Source: Mesoflavibacter sp.
Lineage (GTDB): Bacteria > Bacteroidota > Bacteroidia > Flavobacteriales > Flavobacteriaceae
Length of the DNA stretch: 64,000 bases
Assembly (NCBI GenBank): GCA_034110465.1
Contig: JAWUZD010000012.1
Span: forward strand, 80,017-144,016
Reading direction: 5' to 3'
This document shows, piece after piece, positions 63,704-64,000 of the stretch. Every line of letters begins with the position of its first letter. Positions within the stretch are counted from its first letter, which is position 1. A model generated the notes under the pieces. It did not search any database and was not told where the DNA came from. It was given only the letters and a program-made list of their open reading frames with translations. Both the position numbers and the translations under genes were made by a program.

Positions 63704-64000
63704 TTAACAATGAGAATTATAAGCATCTTTTAAATTTTCTGCAATTAATTCAGCTGGTCTACCTTCAATATGGTGACGCTCTAAAACGTGAACTAATTCT
63801 CCGTCTTTAAATAAAGCCATACAAGGAGAACTTGGAGGAAAAGGAACCATAAATTCACGTGCTTTATTAACCGCATCTTTATCAACTCCTGCAAAAACCG
63901 TTACAATATGGTTTGGTTTATGTGCATTATCTAAACTCATTTTAGCGCCTGGTCTTGCATTTGCTGCAGCACAACCACAAACAGAATTTACAACTAATAA
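63704..64000 (-). CDS. BrxA/BrxB (YphP/YqiW, DUF1094) bacilliredoxin-family protein; N-terminus beyond the right edge
   Basis: The track starts at an internal Met (63940), but the frame stays open to 64000 and reads ...[23 protein letters not shown].... The CGC redox motif followed by ...[22 protein letters not shown] is the bacilliredoxin signature. Confidence 0.7.
   Translation of the reverse strand, partial: LLVVNSVCGCAAANARPGAKMSLDNAHKPNHIVTVFAGVDKDAVNKAREFMVPFPPSSPCMALFKDGELVHVLERHHIEGRPAELIAENLKDAYNSHC

Noticed and set aside
1-64000. Searched for tRNA/rRNA genes, CRISPR arrays, transposases, integrases, phage genes and recognisable defence or toxin-antitoxin cassettes.
   Set aside because: No cloverleaf-like or rRNA-like conserved stretches occur in any intergenic region; all of these are under 185 nt and AT-rich. 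There are no regularly spaced direct repeats. No ORF has DDE, tyrosine or serine recombinase motifs. No restriction-modification, Abi, nuclease-NTPase or TA-type gene pairs are present. The window looks like core chromosome with small accessory inserts.

Overview
AT-rich, gene-dense chromosomal segment with about 60 protein-coding genes. I found no rRNA, tRNA, CRISPR array, transposase or integrase. It reads as a marine Flavobacteriaceae (Bacteroidota) genome. The support is gldD-gldE gliding-motility genes in their known ssb/mutY context, several proteins ending in type IX secretion (T9SS) C-terminal sorting domains, many lipoboxes, TAnnTTTG -7 promoter boxes, A-rich leaders without Shine-Dalgarno sequences, and GC-rich hairpin terminators. 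Most of the window is housekeeping: dgt, ssb, mutY, HU, RNase G, xth, glyQS, sdhCAB, rhlE, pepP, brnQ, thiL, the suf Fe-S genes, hflX and plsC. Several parts are not ordinary. (1) 41741-47795 is a tightly packed five-gene exported operon. It joins two 'choice-of-anchor B'/LVIVD-type paralogues (one T9SS-anchored, one a lipoprotein with thrombospondin-type Ca repeats), a 7-repeat beta-propeller lipoprotein and an MbnP-like/MbnH-like di-haem pair, directly upstream of suf. This is my best candidate for an undescribed system. (2) 23268-27341 is a second module with the same logic: di-haem lipoprotein, then a 7-bladed FG-GAP T9SS protein, then an M28 peptidase. (3) The suf locus (47903-57715) is broken up by four unrelated exported or hypothetical genes. 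One has an (AT)10 tract in its promoter spacer, one is frameshifted at an A8 homopolymer, and one is an internally duplicated lipoprotein. (4) An unannotated 29-codon ultra-basic ORF (bS22-like) lies after HU. (5) A GNAT gene carries an in-frame stop. (6) A short hairpin motif recurs just 3' of three genes. I see no recognisable phage-defence, toxin-antitoxin or mobile island. All functional calls rest on motif recognition by eye and need HMM/BLAST confirmation.
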